48,242 nt of DNA from Candidatus Woesearchaeota archaeon (GCA_017609385.1 JAFCEA010000001.1:1-48242), one strand, 5' to 3'. Shown: positions 1 to 10,864, counted from the stretch's first letter. Made by a program: numbers and translations. Notes: generated from the letters alone by a model not told the origin.

Positions 1-1549
<1,549 letters not shown>

Positions 1550-1591
1550 TTACCTTTTTATTTTACTAATGCACTCTTTATGATTATATAT

Positions 1592-1752
1592 GGGCCTGTA
1601 GCTCAGCCTGGTAGAGCATCGCCCTTGCAAGGCGGGGGCCTCGGGTTCGAACAGCTGGTTACGCTCAGCTGGCACGCAAGGGCGGGCATTGCTTAACAGC
1701 AAGCCCACCGAGCTCGCTGACGCTCGCCAGGTCGGAAGTCCCGACGGGTCCA
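1592..1752 (+). tRNA. tRNA-Ala (anticodon UGC) interrupted by a T-loop intron
   Basis: Hand-folded cloverleaf. Acceptor GGGCCTG/CGGGTCC includes the G3:U70 Ala identity pair. D arm GCTC-AGCCTGGTA-GAGC. Anticodon arm TCGCC-CTTGCAA-GGCGG (TGC). T stem TCGGG (1641-1645) / CCCGA (1740-1744) with loop TTCGAA...T split by the insert. Discriminator A; no encoded CCA. It sits in the usual 16S-23S spacer position. Confidence 0.85.
1652..1738 (+). other. Non-canonical tRNA intron in the T-loop (about position 59/60), ~87 nt and GC-rich
   Basis: Removing 1652-1738 restores a 7-nt TTCGAAT T-loop and a complete cloverleaf. The insert is ~64% G+C by hand count and has internal hairpins (GGGC-A-TTGCT-TAAC-AGCAA-GCCC; CGAGC-TCGCTGAC-GCTCG). 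The junction is ambiguous by 1 nt. Confidence 0.7.
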
Positions 1753-1845
1753 TTTTATACTCATTTTATCAAAAAATGATTTTATCCAATGTTGAACATT
1801 GGGTAAAGGGTTAAGTTAGGAAAGCCCTAATTCCTGATTATGAGA

Positions 1846-1864
1846 CCATGCATAGGCAAAGTAC
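1846..1864 (+). other. 5' strand of the 23S rRNA processing stem
   Basis: CCATGCATAGGCAAAGTAC is the perfect reverse complement of 4777-4795, as expected for the archaeal pre-rRNA processing helix that flanks the 23S. Confidence 0.8.
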
Positions 1865-4776
1865 AATTAAACTATTAGGTGGATGACTTGGCTCAAGATG
1901 CTGATGAAGGATGTGACAAGCTACACTATGCTCTGGCGAGGCGCACGTAGCCTTTGAACCAGAGATTTCCTAATGTGACTTCACTTTAAATCCGTAAGGA
2001 TGGGGAACGCAGGATCTTAGTACCTGCAGGAAAAGAAATCAATTGAGATGCTGTTAGTAAGAGCGACTGAAAACAGCAAAAGGCAAACTGAATCCTTTTT
2101 TGAAAGAAAAAGGAGATGTGGTGTTGTAAGACCGCTTTTTATCTTCTTTCGGGAACTCAAATTTTTCTGGAAAGAAAAGCTATAGAGGGTGATAGCCCCG
2201 TAGAGGCAACTGAAAAAGATTTTAGCGTGTTCTTGAGTACTGTTTACTGGAAACTAAGCAGGAATTTAGGAGACATCAACTTCTAACCTTAAATACATTT
2301 TGAGTCCGATAGAGCACAGTACCGTGAGGGAAAGTTGAAAAGAACCCTTAACAGGGAGTTAAAAGATCCTGAAACCTAATAGTAATAGAGGGGTAGGGCT
2401 CTTAGGAGTTCTACCGTGCGTTTCGAATAACGTGCCAGGGAGTTTATCTAAGTGGCAAGGATAATTCTTTAAAGGAGTATCCTAAGGGAAACCAACAGGC
2501 TCGCAGCTTGCAAGGAGCGAGGTATTAACATGCCTGAAGTCACTTGGATATGACCCGAAGCCGGGCGATCTAACCCTAGGTAAGGTGAAGTGAGGATAAA
2601 ACCTCGTGGAGGCCTGAAGAGGTTCTACGTGCAAGTGTTCTTCTAACCTGGGGCTAGGGGTGAAAAGCCAATCGAGCCCGGTGATAGCTGGTTCCTACTG
2701 AAGTTGGCCGTAGTCAAGTTTCAGATAAGACAACTAGAATGGTAGAGCTACGGATTGGGAATTTAGGCCTCGAAAGGGGTCGGTTCGCTGTCCAACTCCA
2801 AATGTTTTGGTGTCATAGATTCTGGAAAACGGCGGCTCGTCGTAAGGGTGAGTCACGAGAGGGGAACAACCCAGACTATAGTTAAGGTCCTAAAGTATCA
2901 ACTAAGTGTTAAAGGGTGAAGAATGTCCATAGCCTAAGACAGCGAGGAGGTTGGCTTAGAAGCAGCCATCCTTTAAAAAGTGTGTAACAACTTACTTGTC
3001 AAGGTTATGGGTCTCGAAGATTGACAGGGCTAAGTTGATCACCGATACTATAGACAACCGAAAGGTTAGTGGTAGGTAGGCATTCTGATAGGGAAGAAGC
3101 ATTTCTGTAAAGAAATGTTGACCTGTTAGGAAAGAAAATCCTGGTAAAAGTAAGATCATAGCAGAGTGAGAATCTCTGCCATCGAAGGGGCAAGGGTTCC
3201 TTGACAATATAGTTTAGTCAAGGGTTAGTTGATCCTAACCAAGCCCATAAATTGGGCAAGGGGAAAGGGAAAACGGTTAATATTCCGTTACTATTCAAAT
3301 ATTCGGCAACGAAAGTTTGATTACTGACACTTTGGGTTAGGCTAATACAAATCGTCGTTTGTATCAACTGGAATAAATCAATGGAGTATTACAATGATGA
3401 GAAGTTGATTAAATCCAGGATGAGTGGTTCTTATGAATCATTTAGCTTATACCTTGAGTCCGTGAAAAAGGAATCAAAACAGATTTTGAATAACCATACC
3501 CAGAACCAGCACAGGTGCCCCTAGGTGAGAAACCTAAGATGTGAAGGAGTAATCTAATTGAGGGAATTCGGCAAATTGGCCCTGTACCTTTGGTATAAGG
3601 GGTCCCTGCAATTGTGTTTGCATAAATGCGATTGCAGGGCGCAGTAACAAAGGCGGTTCGACTGTTTAACAAAAACTTAACTGACTGCTAGCCTGTAAAG
3701 GTGTGTATAGTCAGTGACGTCTGCCCAGTGTCAGTACCTAAAACCTCTTTTCAAGGAGGCTAAGGGCTGGTAAACGGCGGGGGTAACTATAACTCTCTTA
3801 AGGTAGCTTAATGCCTTGCCGATTGAATGTCGGCTTGCATGAATGGCGTAACGAAATCGCCACTGTCCCCAATTAGAATCCTCTGAACATTCTTTCCTGG
3901 TGCAAAAGCCAGGGATCTCCAGTGGGAAGTAAAGACCCCGTGAAACTTTACTGTAGCCTGTAGCTGTGATGTGAGTTTTGATGTGCAGTGTAGGTGGAAG
4001 TTGCTAAAGCTTGAACGCTAGTTTAAGTGTAGACGACAATGAGACACCACCCTTTAGAATTTACGTCACTAACTGAGAAATCAGGACAATTATAGGTGGA
4101 CAGTTTGGCTGGGATGGCACTCTACTGAAATGATATCAGTAGAGCCCAATGGTTGGCTCAAACGGGTCAGAAACATTTTGCGAAGATACAACAGCGCAAA
4201 AGCTGAGCATCCGTTGTAGAGTGTAAGAGTAAAAGCCAGCCTGACTGGATTTCAACTAATAAGAAATCCAGAGAAGAAATTTTGGTCTAGCGAACCCCTA
4301 TGCCTCCTTGATGGGGGCTAGGGATGACAGAAAAGTTACTCCGGGGATAACAGAGTTGTAGCGCCCGAGAGTTCATATCGACGGCGCTGCTTGCTACATC
4401 GATGTCGGCTCTTCCTATCCCGGCCGTGCAGAAGCGGCCAAGGGTGGGGGTGTTCACCCATTAAAAGGGATCGTGAGCTGGGTTCAGAACGCTGTGAGGC
4501 AGTTTGTTTAATATCTACTGGAGATGTAGGATATCTGAAGGGAAGGATCCCCTAGTACGAGAGGAACGGGGGTTCGGGGCCTCTGGTCCACCGGTTATCT
4601 GACAAGGTAAGCCGGGCAGCTACGCCCTAAGGGATAAGTGCTGAAAGCATCTAAGCACGAAGCCCGCCCTGAAAAGAGATATCTTAGGACTCGGGCAAAA
4701 GACCCGTTTAATGGGACCGGTGTGTAAGTGCCAAGCTTCGGCGAGGCATTCAGCACGCGGTTCCCAATAGTCCATA
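1865..4776 (+). rRNA. rrl: 23S (LSU) rRNA
   Basis: 5' GGTGGATGACTTGGCTCAAGATGCTGATGAAGG (~1879 onward). Peptidyl-transferase region GGGGATAACAG ~4343. Sarcin-ricin loop AGTACGAGAGGAAC 4554-4567. Helix 1 pairs ACTATTAGG (1871-1879) with CCCAATAGT (4763-4771). Length ~2.9 kb, so no large insertion. Mature ends are approximate. Confidence 0.93.
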
Positions 4777-4795
4777 GTACTTTGCCTATGCATGG
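4777..4795 (+). other. 3' strand of the 23S rRNA processing stem
   Basis: GTACTTTGCCTATGCATGG is the perfect 19-nt complement of 1846-1864. Confidence 0.8.
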
Positions 4796-4982
4796 TTTTC
4801 ATTTATTTTATTTCTATGAAATATTAAATTCAAAAGATAATGAAAACTTACTTAGCGTTAGCCTTGAAGTTATGCAAAAAAATTTGTTGTATTGTTCATG
4901 ATTTTAATATTCATCTTTGATTATTTGCCAAATGTTTATTCAAAACAAAAACATTTTAAAGATATGATATTTCTTTTTGGAT

Positions 4983-5948
4983 ATGATATGCCTAGGAATA
5001 GAAAGCACTGCCCATACTTTTGGAGTTGGTATAGTAAAGGACAAAAAGGTATTGGCCAATGTAATAGATTCCTATACCACTAAGTCCGGAGGCATAATAC
5101 CTGTTAATGCTGCAGAGCATCATATTGAAATATGTGATAAGGTTATTCAGGATGCCCTTGAGAGAGCTGGAATAAAATTAAAAGAAATAAACTTAATCTC
5201 ATTTTCACAGGGGCCAGGCATAGGCCATTGTTTAAGGATTGGAGCAATGGTTGCAAGGTCCTTAAGTTTAATGTTAAATAAGCCAGTTATTGGTGTTAAC
5301 CACTGCATTGCCCATCTTGAGATTGGAAAATTATTGACAAAAGCAAATGATCCTGTCTTGCTTTATGTTTCTGGGGCAAATACACAGATAATTGCTTTTG
5401 ATGGTGGAAAATACAGAATATTTGGAGAAACCTTGGATATTGGTGTTGGAAATTTTCTTGATGCTTTTGCACGTTACATTGGCTTAGGATTTCCCGGCGG
5501 CCCAAAACTTGACAAACTGGCTAAAGAAGGAAAAAATTTCATTGAATTGCCTTATGTTGTCAAGGGAATGGATATGAGCTTTGGAGGCATATTGACTAAT
5601 TTAAAGCAGAAATTCAACTCAAAAAAATACACAAATGCAGACCTTGCATACTCGATGCAGGAGACTGTTTTTGCAATGCTTTTGGAAGTAAGCGAAAGGG
5701 CAATATATCACTGCAATAAAAAAGAATTATTATTAGGTGGAGGAGTAGCCTGCAACTCAAGACTGCAGGAAATGGCAAAAACAATGTGTAAGGAAAATGG
5801 CTCTAAATGTTTCATACTTGAAAATCAGTTTAATCTTGATAATGGTGCAATGATAGCATGGCTTGGCTTAAAGGAATATAAAGAAGGAAAAAAGCAAAAT
5901 ATTAAAGATACAGGCATAAGGCCATACTGGAGAACAGATGAGGTTTAG
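4983..5948 (+). CDS. kae1: tRNA N6-adenosine threonylcarbamoyltransferase Kae1 (standalone, not fused to Bud32)
   Basis: MICLGIESTAHTFGVGIV N-terminus, HCIAHLE metal-binding His motif and ASKHA-fold pattern along the whole length. The ATG at 4983 is preferred over the TTG at 4977 used by the ORF track. Confidence 0.9.
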   Translation: MICLGIESTAHTFGVGIVKDKKVLANVIDSYTTKSGGIIPVNAAEHHIEICDKVIQDALERAGIKLKEINLISFSQGPGIGHCLRIGAMVARSLSLMLNKPVIGVNHCIAHLEIGKLLTKANDPVLLYVSGANTQIIAFDGGKYRIFGETLDIGVGNFLDAFARYIGLGFPGGPKLDKLAKEGKNFIELPYVVKGMDMSFGGILTNLKQKFNSKKYTNADLAYSMQETVFAMLLEVSERAIYHCNKKELLLGGGVACNSRLQEMAKTMCKENGSKCFILENQFNLDNGAMIAWLGLKEYKEGKKQNIKDTGIRPYWRTDEV

Positions 5949-6596
5949 ATGGATGAGATAAAAGAACAGGAAATTGAAGAAGAAAAAAGAAATCCCTTGG
6001 TTTATATTCTTGCATTATTTCTAATATTAATGCTTATTCTCTGGATTGTTCCATATTACTCAATAAAGCTTGACCCTGAGCCAAAGGATATTCCAGCAAA
6101 GGAAAGTATTCTTCCTGCAAACATAATAGTTGAGGAAAGAAACACAACATTTGTAACAAGAAACGAGTTTTTAAGCTTGTTAAATCCAAATGACCCCTTG
6201 ATAAAGCAGACAGCATCAAAGATTGCATCAAAATCATGCAACAGCGAAAAAGTTTGCCAGGCAAAGGCAATATTCTATTTTGTAAGGGATAACTTTGATT
6301 ATGTAAGTGATCCAAGAACAGAGTATATTGAATCTGCAAGAGAGGTTTTGACCACAGGAGGCTCTGACTGCGACGGCATGGCAGTTCTTTTGGCAAATCT
6401 TGAAGAGGCAATTGGTATTAGAACAAGGTTTGTGTTTATTCCTGGCCATGTATATGTGCAGATAAAGCTGGATGAGGCCATGAAGAAATACAAGACAAAG
6501 GATGGCTGGATAAGCCTTGATCCCACATGCAGCTACTGTGAATTCGGTGAGATACCTTATAAAAATATAGAGAGCAAAAAAAGCTATATACAATAG
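5949..6596 (+). CDS. Membrane-anchored transglutaminase-like (Cys-His-Asp) domain protein
   Basis: One N-terminal TM helix (LVYILALFLILMLILWIV). GGSDCDGMAVLLANLEEAIGIRTRFV...PGHVYV matches the transglutaminase-core Cys and His motifs. The ATG directly abuts the kae1 stop. Confidence 0.7.
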   Translation: MDEIKEQEIEEEKRNPLVYILALFLILMLILWIVPYYSIKLDPEPKDIPAKESILPANIIVEERNTTFVTRNEFLSLLNPNDPLIKQTASKIASKSCNSEKVCQAKAIFYFVRDNFDYVSDPRTEYIESAREVLTTGGSDCDGMAVLLANLEEAIGIRTRFVFIPGHVYVQIKLDEAMKKYKTKDGWISLDPTCSYCEFGEIPYKNIESKKSYIQ

Positions 6597-6709
6597 CAAT
6601 ATTTATAAATAAGCAAAAAGAACTTATTTAAACATAATAATAATGCTTATAACAGTATTCCCGAAAACTAAGGGCCTTTCAGGCCAGTAGGAGGGTGGAG
6701 GTTAGTTAG

Positions 6710-7363
6710 ATGAATAAAAATAAGTTTTTAGAGGCCTTAAAAAAAGCAAAGCAGGGTTCTAAGAAGAGAAATTTCAAGCAAAAGGTTGATTTAATCTTTA
6801 ATCTTAAGGACTTAAACCTTAAAAAGCCAGAGCAGCAGGTAGAGTTCTTTGTAAAACTGCACTATAGCAAAGGCAGGGAATCAAAGATATGCGCTCTTGT
6901 AGGGCCAGAACTTGCAACTAAAGCAAAATCAGCATGTAATAATGTTATTCTAGTAGATGACTTTCAGAAGTATGCAGGGGATAAAAAACTATCAAAAAAA
7001 CTCTGCAATGACTATGATTTTTTTATAGCACAGGCAAATATAATGGCAAAGGTAGCTGCAGCATTTGGCAGAATTCTAGGACCAATGGGAAAGATGCCTA
7101 ATCCAAAAGCAGGCTGTGTTGTTACAGACAAGACAGATCTTAATGCACTTTGTGAAAACCTAAAAAAGACTGTTAAGATATCTGCAAAAACAAGCCTTAT
7201 AATACAATTAATAGTAGGTAATGAAGAAATGAAAGATGAAGAGATAGCTGATAATGCATATAATATTTATGAGCAGCTTATACATCATCTTCCTAATGAA
7301 AAAAATAATATAAAATCCATATTTTTAAAATTGACAATGGGTAAGCCAATAAAGGTGTTATAA
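6710..7363 (+). CDS. rpl1: 50S ribosomal protein L1 (uL1)
   Basis: Typical archaeal L1 sequence (KRNFKQKVDLIFNLKDL..., GPMGKMPNPKAG) in the conserved L1-P0-P1 gene order. GGAGG lies upstream. Confidence 0.93.
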   Translation: MNKNKFLEALKKAKQGSKKRNFKQKVDLIFNLKDLNLKKPEQQVEFFVKLHYSKGRESKICALVGPELATKAKSACNNVILVDDFQKYAGDKKLSKKLCNDYDFFIAQANIMAKVAAAFGRILGPMGKMPNPKAGCVVTDKTDLNALCENLKKTVKISAKTSLIIQLIVGNEEMKDEEIADNAYNIYEQLIHHLPNEKNNIKSIFLKLTMGKPIKVL

Positions 7364-8626
7364 ATGGTTCATGTTGCTGAATACAAGAAAAAGATTGTAA
7401 ATGAATTTGTTAATTTAATTAATTCTTACCCTGTTATTGGTGTTGTAGATATGGAAAACCTTCCAACTGCTCAGCTGCAAAAAATGAGGGAGCAGCTCAG
7501 AGACAAAGTTGTTATAAGAATGACTAAAAGAAGGTTGATGAACATAGCCTTTGATAAACTAAAAGATAGTAAGAAAGGCATTGAAGAAATGAAGAATTAT
7601 TTAACAGGCATGCCCACACTTTTGTTCACAAAAGATGACCCATTCAAGCTTGCAAAAACCTTAAAGAAAAGCATGTCAACAGCTCCTGCAAAGCCCGGCC
7701 AGGTTGCACCAAAAGACATTATAGTTAGTGCTGGACCAACACCATTCAGTCCTGGACCAGTTATAAGCGAGCTTGCATCTGTAGGCATAAAAACAGCTAT
7801 TGAAAGTGGCAAGATTGTTGTTAAGAGCGATGCTATTGTTGTAAAAAAAGGGGACAAGGTAAGCCAAGCTATTGCAGGAATCCTTGCAAGATTGGGTGTT
7901 GAGCCAATGGATGTTGGCCTTAATTTAACAGCTGTTTATGATAATGGAACAATATTTACAAGGGATGTCCTTGATATTGATGAAGAGGAATTTATTGGTA
8001 AGATAAAAACAGCATATAACTCTGCTCTTGGACTTGCTCTTGAAATCTCCTTCCTGACTAAAGAAACTATTGAGATGATGATAGCAAAGGCTTTCAGAGA
8101 GACAAAAACCATTGCTTTATCACAAAACATAATGGCTGATGACGTAAAGGAAGAGATTGTGGCAAAGGCAACCAAAGAAATGCTTGCCCTGAAATCAAAA
8201 TTAAATATTCATGATATACCCAAAGAGAAACCTAAAGAAGAAGAGAAAGAAGTTAAAGAAGAAAAAGAAGAGATTAAAAAAGAAACTGGAGAAAAACCAG
8301 CTGAAGAGAAAGAAGAAATCAAGGAACCAGAAGAAAAACCTAAAGAAGAGAAAAGTGAGGATAAGAAAGAGGAAGTTAAGGAAGAAGTCAAAAAAGAAGA
8401 ACAAAAGATAGAAATTAAAGCAGAGGATATTAAAGAAAAAACTAAAGCTGAAAAGCCTAAGGAAGAAGTTAAGAAAGAAGAACAACCAAAAGCAAAAACT
8501 GAAGTTAAGGAAAAACCAGAACAAGACGTTGAGACAAAAAAAGTAGAAACAAATGAAGAAACTAAGAAAGAGGAAAAACCCAAAGAAGAAGTTAAAACAG
8601 AGGAAAATCAAGATAAACAAAATTAA
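7364..8626 (+). CDS. rplP0: 50S ribosomal stalk protein P0 (uL10) with a ~135-aa Lys/Glu-rich C-terminal extension
   Basis: The N-terminal ~280 aa align with archaeal P0 (YKKKIVNEF..., TAQLQKMREQLRD, PGPVISELASVGI). The tail from ~8215 is a low-complexity KE/P repeat that ends ...EENQDKQN. Confidence 0.9.
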   Translation: MVHVAEYKKKIVNEFVNLINSYPVIGVVDMENLPTAQLQKMREQLRDKVVIRMTKRRLMNIAFDKLKDSKKGIEEMKNYLTGMPTLLFTKDDPFKLAKTLKKSMSTAPAKPGQVAPKDIIVSAGPTPFSPGPVISELASVGIKTAIESGKIVVKSDAIVVKKGDKVSQAIAGILARLGVEPMDVGLNLTAVYDNGTIFTRDVLDIDEEEFIGKIKTAYNSALGLALEISFLTKETIEMMIAKAFRETKTIALSQNIMADDVKEEIVAKATKEMLALKSKLNIHDIPKEKPKEEEKEVKEEKEEIKKETGEKPAEEKEEIKEPEEKPKEEKSEDKKEEVKEEVKKEEQKIEIKAEDIKEKTKAEKPKEEVKKEEQPKAKTEVKEKPEQDVETKKVETNEETKKEEKPKEEVKTEENQDKQN

Positions 8627-8650
8627 ATATAAAGTTTGGAGGTAAATAAA

Positions 8651-8959
8651 ATGGAGTATGTATATGCTGCAATGTTGATCCACAAAGCTGGAGGAAAAAT
8701 AGATGAAGCAACAGTAACAAAAGTATTAGAAGCTGCTGGAGCAAAACCAGATTCAGCAAGAGTCAAGGCCGTGGTGGCAGCCTTTGATGGAGTTGACATT
8801 GAGAAAGTAATCAAAGAATCATCTGTTATGCAGGTAGCAGCACCAGCTGCTGGTGAAGCAAAAGCAGAAGAGAAAAAGGAAGAAAAACCCAAAGCCAAAG
8901 AAGAAGAGAAGAAAAGCCAGGAACAGGCAGCTGCTGGTCTAGGTTCGTTGTTTGGTTGA
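8651..8959 (+). CDS. rpl12: 50S ribosomal stalk protein P1 (L12)
   Basis: MEYVYAAMLIHKAGG N-terminus and the canonical acidic tail ending GLGSLFG. GGAGGT at 8638-8643 supports the ATG at 8651 rather than the TTG at 8636. Confidence 0.93.
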   Translation: MEYVYAAMLIHKAGGKIDEATVTKVLEAAGAKPDSARVKAVVAAFDGVDIEKVIKESSVMQVAAPAAGEAKAEEKKEEKPKAKEEEKKSQEQAAAGLGSLFG

Positions 8960-8992
8960 TTAGTTTTATTTTTAATTATTAAGTGAGAGGAT

Positions 8993-9889
8993 ATGCCAGA
9001 AAAGAAGAATAAGAAGGAATTATTAAAAAATCTTAGCAAATGCAGAAAAGAAATAATTGAGTTAAGATTGAGTTTAAACCAGTTAGACAACCAAAAAGAA
9101 GAATGTTTTAAGAAAAAAGAAAAAGCAAGCAATGATCTTTCTAATTTTTTTAAAAAGATTAAAGAATTGAAAAATAGCAGAAATAACCTAACAAAAAAAG
9201 TTAAGGAACTAAAGTCTAAAAGGGAAAACTACAATAAGCTGATTAAGGAAAAAATTAGTGAGATAAAAAACGTTAACAATGAGAAAAAAGAGATTATAGA
9301 GAAGTTCAACCTAAAAGAGGATCCTTCTCAAATTAAACGTGATATTGAAAAACTTGAGATGAGAATAGAGACTGAAGTAATGCCTTTTGATAAAGAACAG
9401 AAGCTGATGAAAGAGATAAAGCTTAAGAAAAAGAAGTATAAGGAAGCAGAAAGAGTAAGCGAGGTCTGGAAAAAATCTGACTCTCTTTCAAAGGAAATTG
9501 ACAAGCTGAGAAAAGAGGCTGATGAAACCCATAAAAAAATTAGAAGTGATGCTGATGAAAGTCAGAAAAAGCATGATGAGATGATAAAACTATTAAAGGG
9601 TGTTGATGGTCTAAAAAAAGAGGAAGAGCTTGCTTATAAGAAATTCTTTGAATTTAAAAAGAAGTTGGCAGATGTTAATGATTTATTAAAGAAAAAACTG
9701 GTTGAAATAAATGAGATAAACAAAAAACTAGGATTATCCAGAGAAAAGGCAAAAAAAGAGAAAAAACAAAGACAGGAAAAAATAATAAAAGAAAAAGAGG
9801 AAAAGGTTGAAGATAAGATTAAGAAGAGGAAGAAACTTACAACAGAAGATCTTCTTGTATTCCAGAGATTAGATAACAAGGAGAAATAA
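8993..9889 (+). CDS. Lys/Glu-rich coiled-coil protein (resembles the archaeal COG1340-type coiled-coil family)
   Basis: 298 aa with heptad-like charged repeats throughout and no enzymatic motif. Family assignment is tentative. Confidence 0.6.
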   Translation: MPEKKNKKELLKNLSKCRKEIIELRLSLNQLDNQKEECFKKKEKASNDLSNFFKKIKELKNSRNNLTKKVKELKSKRENYNKLIKEKISEIKNVNNEKKEIIEKFNLKEDPSQIKRDIEKLEMRIETEVMPFDKEQKLMKEIKLKKKKYKEAERVSEVWKKSDSLSKEIDKLRKEADETHKKIRSDADESQKKHDEMIKLLKGVDGLKKEEELAYKKFFEFKKKLADVNDLLKKKLVEINEINKKLGLSREKAKKEKKQRQEKIIKEKEEKVEDKIKKRKKLTTEDLLVFQRLDNKEK

Positions 9890-9940
9890 TTATTTTTGAT
9901 TTTAGGTTATATAAGAAATCTTGAATAGATTTGATAAAAA

Positions 9941-10138
9941 TTATTTCTGCTCAGGTTTTTTTACAAACTCTGTGTAGCCGCACTTTCCGCAGCTTAATCT
10001 GTCTTTATGTGTTGCAAGGAATACTCCTGGCCCGCATTTAGGGCAGAACTTTGTCTTTCTTTTGAGTGAGCCTCCTTCAACTGAATAAAGTGCTTTTATA
10101 TCAACTGCTTTCCTTGGTTTCTTTTTCTTTTTGGCCAT
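9941..10138 (-). CDS. rps27ae: 30S ribosomal protein S27ae (eS31)
   Basis: CPKCGPG...CGKCGYTEF zinc ribbon and basic N-terminus. The ATG at 10138 is preferred over the TTG at 10144. Confidence 0.9.
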   Translation of the reverse strand: MAKKKKKPRKAVDIKALYSVEGGSLKRKTKFCPKCGPGVFLATHKDRLSCGKCGYTEFVKKPEQK

Positions 10139-10140
10139 CT

Positions 10141-10680
10141 TCAAGCTTTATTTTCCGGTTTATTTTCCTTTTGCTCTGGTTTTGTTTCTTCTTTTTTAAC
10201 TTCTTTTATTTCTCCTTTGTGTTCTGGTTTTTTTAGTTCTTCTTTTCTTCCTTCCTGTTCTTGTTCTGGTTTCTTTTCTTCTGGTTTGCTTTCTTCATGT
10301 TTTTCTTGCTCAGAATGTTTTTCTTTCTCTTGTTCTGCTTTCACTTCTTCCTTTTTTTCATCAATTTTTGGCTTATCCTGTTTCTTTTCTTCCTTTTTTT
10401 CCCTAGGAATCCCTTTCTTAAATGCATATTCTGGCTCAATTCTTTCCATATCCTTCTTATTGGAATATAGGTAAGCTATTATCTTTGCATTGCCAAATCC
10501 AAATTCTGGATAAATATGCTTTATCACAATTAGCTCTCCTTTTGCATTTAATTTTTCAGCTAATATCTTCTTAATAGCATCTCTTGATGGTGTTGCTCCT
10601 GTATAGCTCTCTTTTGCTATAATCTCTGTTCTTGATAATAACGGATATTCTTTTTTTTCAACTATCTGCATAGAATTCAC
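10141..10680 (-). CDS. rps24e: 30S ribosomal protein S24e (eS24) with an ~85-aa Lys/Glu-rich C-terminal extension
   Basis: The N-terminal ~95 aa match S24e (NPLLSR-like YPLLSRTEI..., [30 protein letters not shown]). The remainder is a KE-rich repeat. The start is GTG 10680 (overlapping the spt4 stop) or ATG 10671. Confidence 0.88.
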   Translation of the reverse strand: MNSMQIVEKKEYPLLSRTEIIAKESYTGATPSRDAIKKILAEKLNAKGELIVIKHIYPEFGFGNAKIIAYLYSNKKDMERIEPEYAFKKGIPREKKEEKKQDKPKIDEKKEEVKAEQEKEKHSEQEKHEESKPEEKKPEQEQEGRKEELKKPEHKGEIKEVKKEETKPEQKENKPENKA

Positions 10681-10862
10681 CTTACCTTAATAACATACTC
10701 TCCCTTTACTTTTATTCCAATTTTTTCAGCAATCATTGACTTATCAGCATCAAGTACATTTATCCTGCCCTTCCAGTTTGTGGTAAACTGATTACCCTTG
10801 CATATGGGGCAACTGTCTCCCTTCACAAAAATCCTGCATTTTTTACAAACTTTTTTAGGCAT
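10677..10862 (-). CDS. spt4: Transcription elongation factor Spt4 (RpoE'')
   Basis: 61 aa with the zinc ribbon CKKC...CPIC and the conserved position between rpo7 and S24e. Confidence 0.88.
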   Translation of the reverse strand: MPKKVCKKCRIFVKGDSCPICKGNQFTTNWKGRINVLDADKSMIAEKIGIKVKGEYVIKVR

Positions 10863-10864
10863 TT

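Noticed and set aside
1652-1738. Whether the tRNA-Ala intron hosts a C/D-box sRNA (as in some archaeal tRNA-Trp introns) or a second nested tRNA; it contains a D-arm-like GCTCAGCTGG.
   Set aside because: Only a CUGA (D-box-like) is present, with no RUGAUGA C box. The D-arm-like string lacks complementary stem partners, and the only anticodon-like hairpin has a 4-nt loop.
4796-4976. I expected a 5S rRNA gene downstream of the 23S.
   Set aside because: The region is AT-rich with no 5S-like GC-rich helices. The 5S gene is presumably unlinked.
6650-6709. A GC-rich hairpin (GGCCTTTCAGGCC) just upstream of the L1 start. It might be an L1 autoregulatory mimic of the 23S L1-binding site, as described for Methanococcus L1 operons.
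   Set aside because: I could not match it by eye to the L1-stalk sequence of the 23S in this window. It also overlaps the Shine-Dalgarno region, and without folding or alignment the claim is unsupported.
8201-9132. Long antisense or alternate-frame ORFs (8201-8683, 8209-8583, 8211-8411, 8623-9132) rich in F/L/S or K/R. Similar ones occur at 10217-10474 and 10261-10470.
   Set aside because: They mirror the GAA/AAG low-complexity DNA that encodes the KE-rich tails of P0, P1 and S24e. Such repeats stay open in several frames. The sense-frame genes have clear homology.
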